A stretch of DNA of 64,000 nt, from the NCBI GenBank assembly GCA_963815115.1, contig CAWFFN010000009.1, positions 1,440,001 to 1,504,000 on the forward strand, read 5' to 3'. A program made the position numbers and the translations under genes. Source of the DNA: an uncultured delta proteobacterium (GTDB taxonomy: Bacteria > Desulfobacterota > Binatia > DP-6). The notes beneath the pieces were generated by a model. It was given only the letters and a program-made list of their open reading frames with translations. It had not been told where the DNA came from and searched no databases. Positions 63,469 to 64,000 of the stretch are shown one piece after another (the stretch's first letter is position 1; the number at the start of each line of letters is the position of its first letter).

Positions 63469-63966
63469 ATGACCGAGGCGACGCGCTATCGCGTGGAGGT
63501 GTCTTCCGATCACCTTCGCTTCGCGGCGGCTCACTTCATTGCCTACCCGGGCTTCCGCGAGCCGCTGCACGGCCACAACTATCAGGTGTCGGTGCGCATC
63601 GAGGCTGCGCTCGGCCCGGACGGCTACGTGCTCGACTTCGGGCTCGTGAAGCGGCTCGCCGAAGGCCTGTGCAGGGAGCTGACGGAGCGCACCATCCTCC
63701 CCACCCGCAGCGACTGCCTCGAGGTGACGAAGCACGGCGAGAGCGTGCACGTGGTCACCGCCGACGGCGGGCGGTTCGAGTTCCCCGCCGCCGACTGCGT
63801 CCTGCTGCCGATCGTGCACAGCTCGGCCGAGGAGATCGCGGCCTACGTGCTCGGGCGATTGCGGCAGGCGCTCGCCGCCGAGGTGGCGGCGCGTGGCGTG
63901 CGCGCGATCGTGGTCGGGGTGGCCGAGGCGCCGGGACAGACGGCGTACTGCGAGGAGACGCTCTGA
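63469..63966 (+). CDS. 6-pyruvoyl-tetrahydropterin synthase family, PTPS-III-type motif
   Basis: FAAAHF, EPLHGHNY, GYVLDF, SSAEE. Confidence 0.85.
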   Translation: MTEATRYRVEVSSDHLRFAAAHFIAYPGFREPLHGHNYQVSVRIEAALGPDGYVLDFGLVKRLAEGLCRELTERTILPTRSDCLEVTKHGESVHVVTADGGRFEFPAADCVLLPIVHSSAEEIAAYVLGRLRQALAAEVAARGVRAIVVGVAEAPGQTAYCEETL

Positions 63967-64000
63967 GACCGGCGCTCCTGCTGGCGCTGGTCGCTCTCGT

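Overview
Very GC-rich bacterial window. The gene families (Cys/Thr-rich secreted proteins, mevalonate genes, sigma54 systems) suggest a deltaproteobacterial or Binatia-like genome, but this is inference only. From left to right: the 3' part of a CusA-type RND pump; a Phd/RelE toxin-antitoxin pair; ynfA; a degenerate HMG-CoA-synthase/DUF35 fusion; a sigma54 two-component locus flanked by two paralogous lipoproteins, with an RND-MFP-TolC operon and a porin (8.7-20 kb is full of single-base frameshifts, probably sequencing errors); a Vgb-like propeller, an amidohydrolase, GFA and an SCP2-type thiolase; several secreted Cys-rich proteins; a five-gene mevalonate operon; a squalene-hopene-cyclase homolog with a heavily remodelled active site, followed by hpnC, a P450 and a nitroreductase; hisS; a CheB/CheR-PAS kinase and FixJ-like regulator next to small stress genes (csbD, DUF3309-like, YtxH-like) and an ECF sigma factor; a second RND pump with a lipoprotein carboxylesterase; and a PTPS-III-type gene. 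Best candidates for something new: (1) the non-canonical triterpene cyclase cluster, (2) 14-bp-period CGTA-N4-TACG arrays that appear to define a stress regulon, and (3) a thrice-repeated enhancer-like motif of the sigma54 locus. No rRNA, tRNA, CRISPR array or transposase was recognised.
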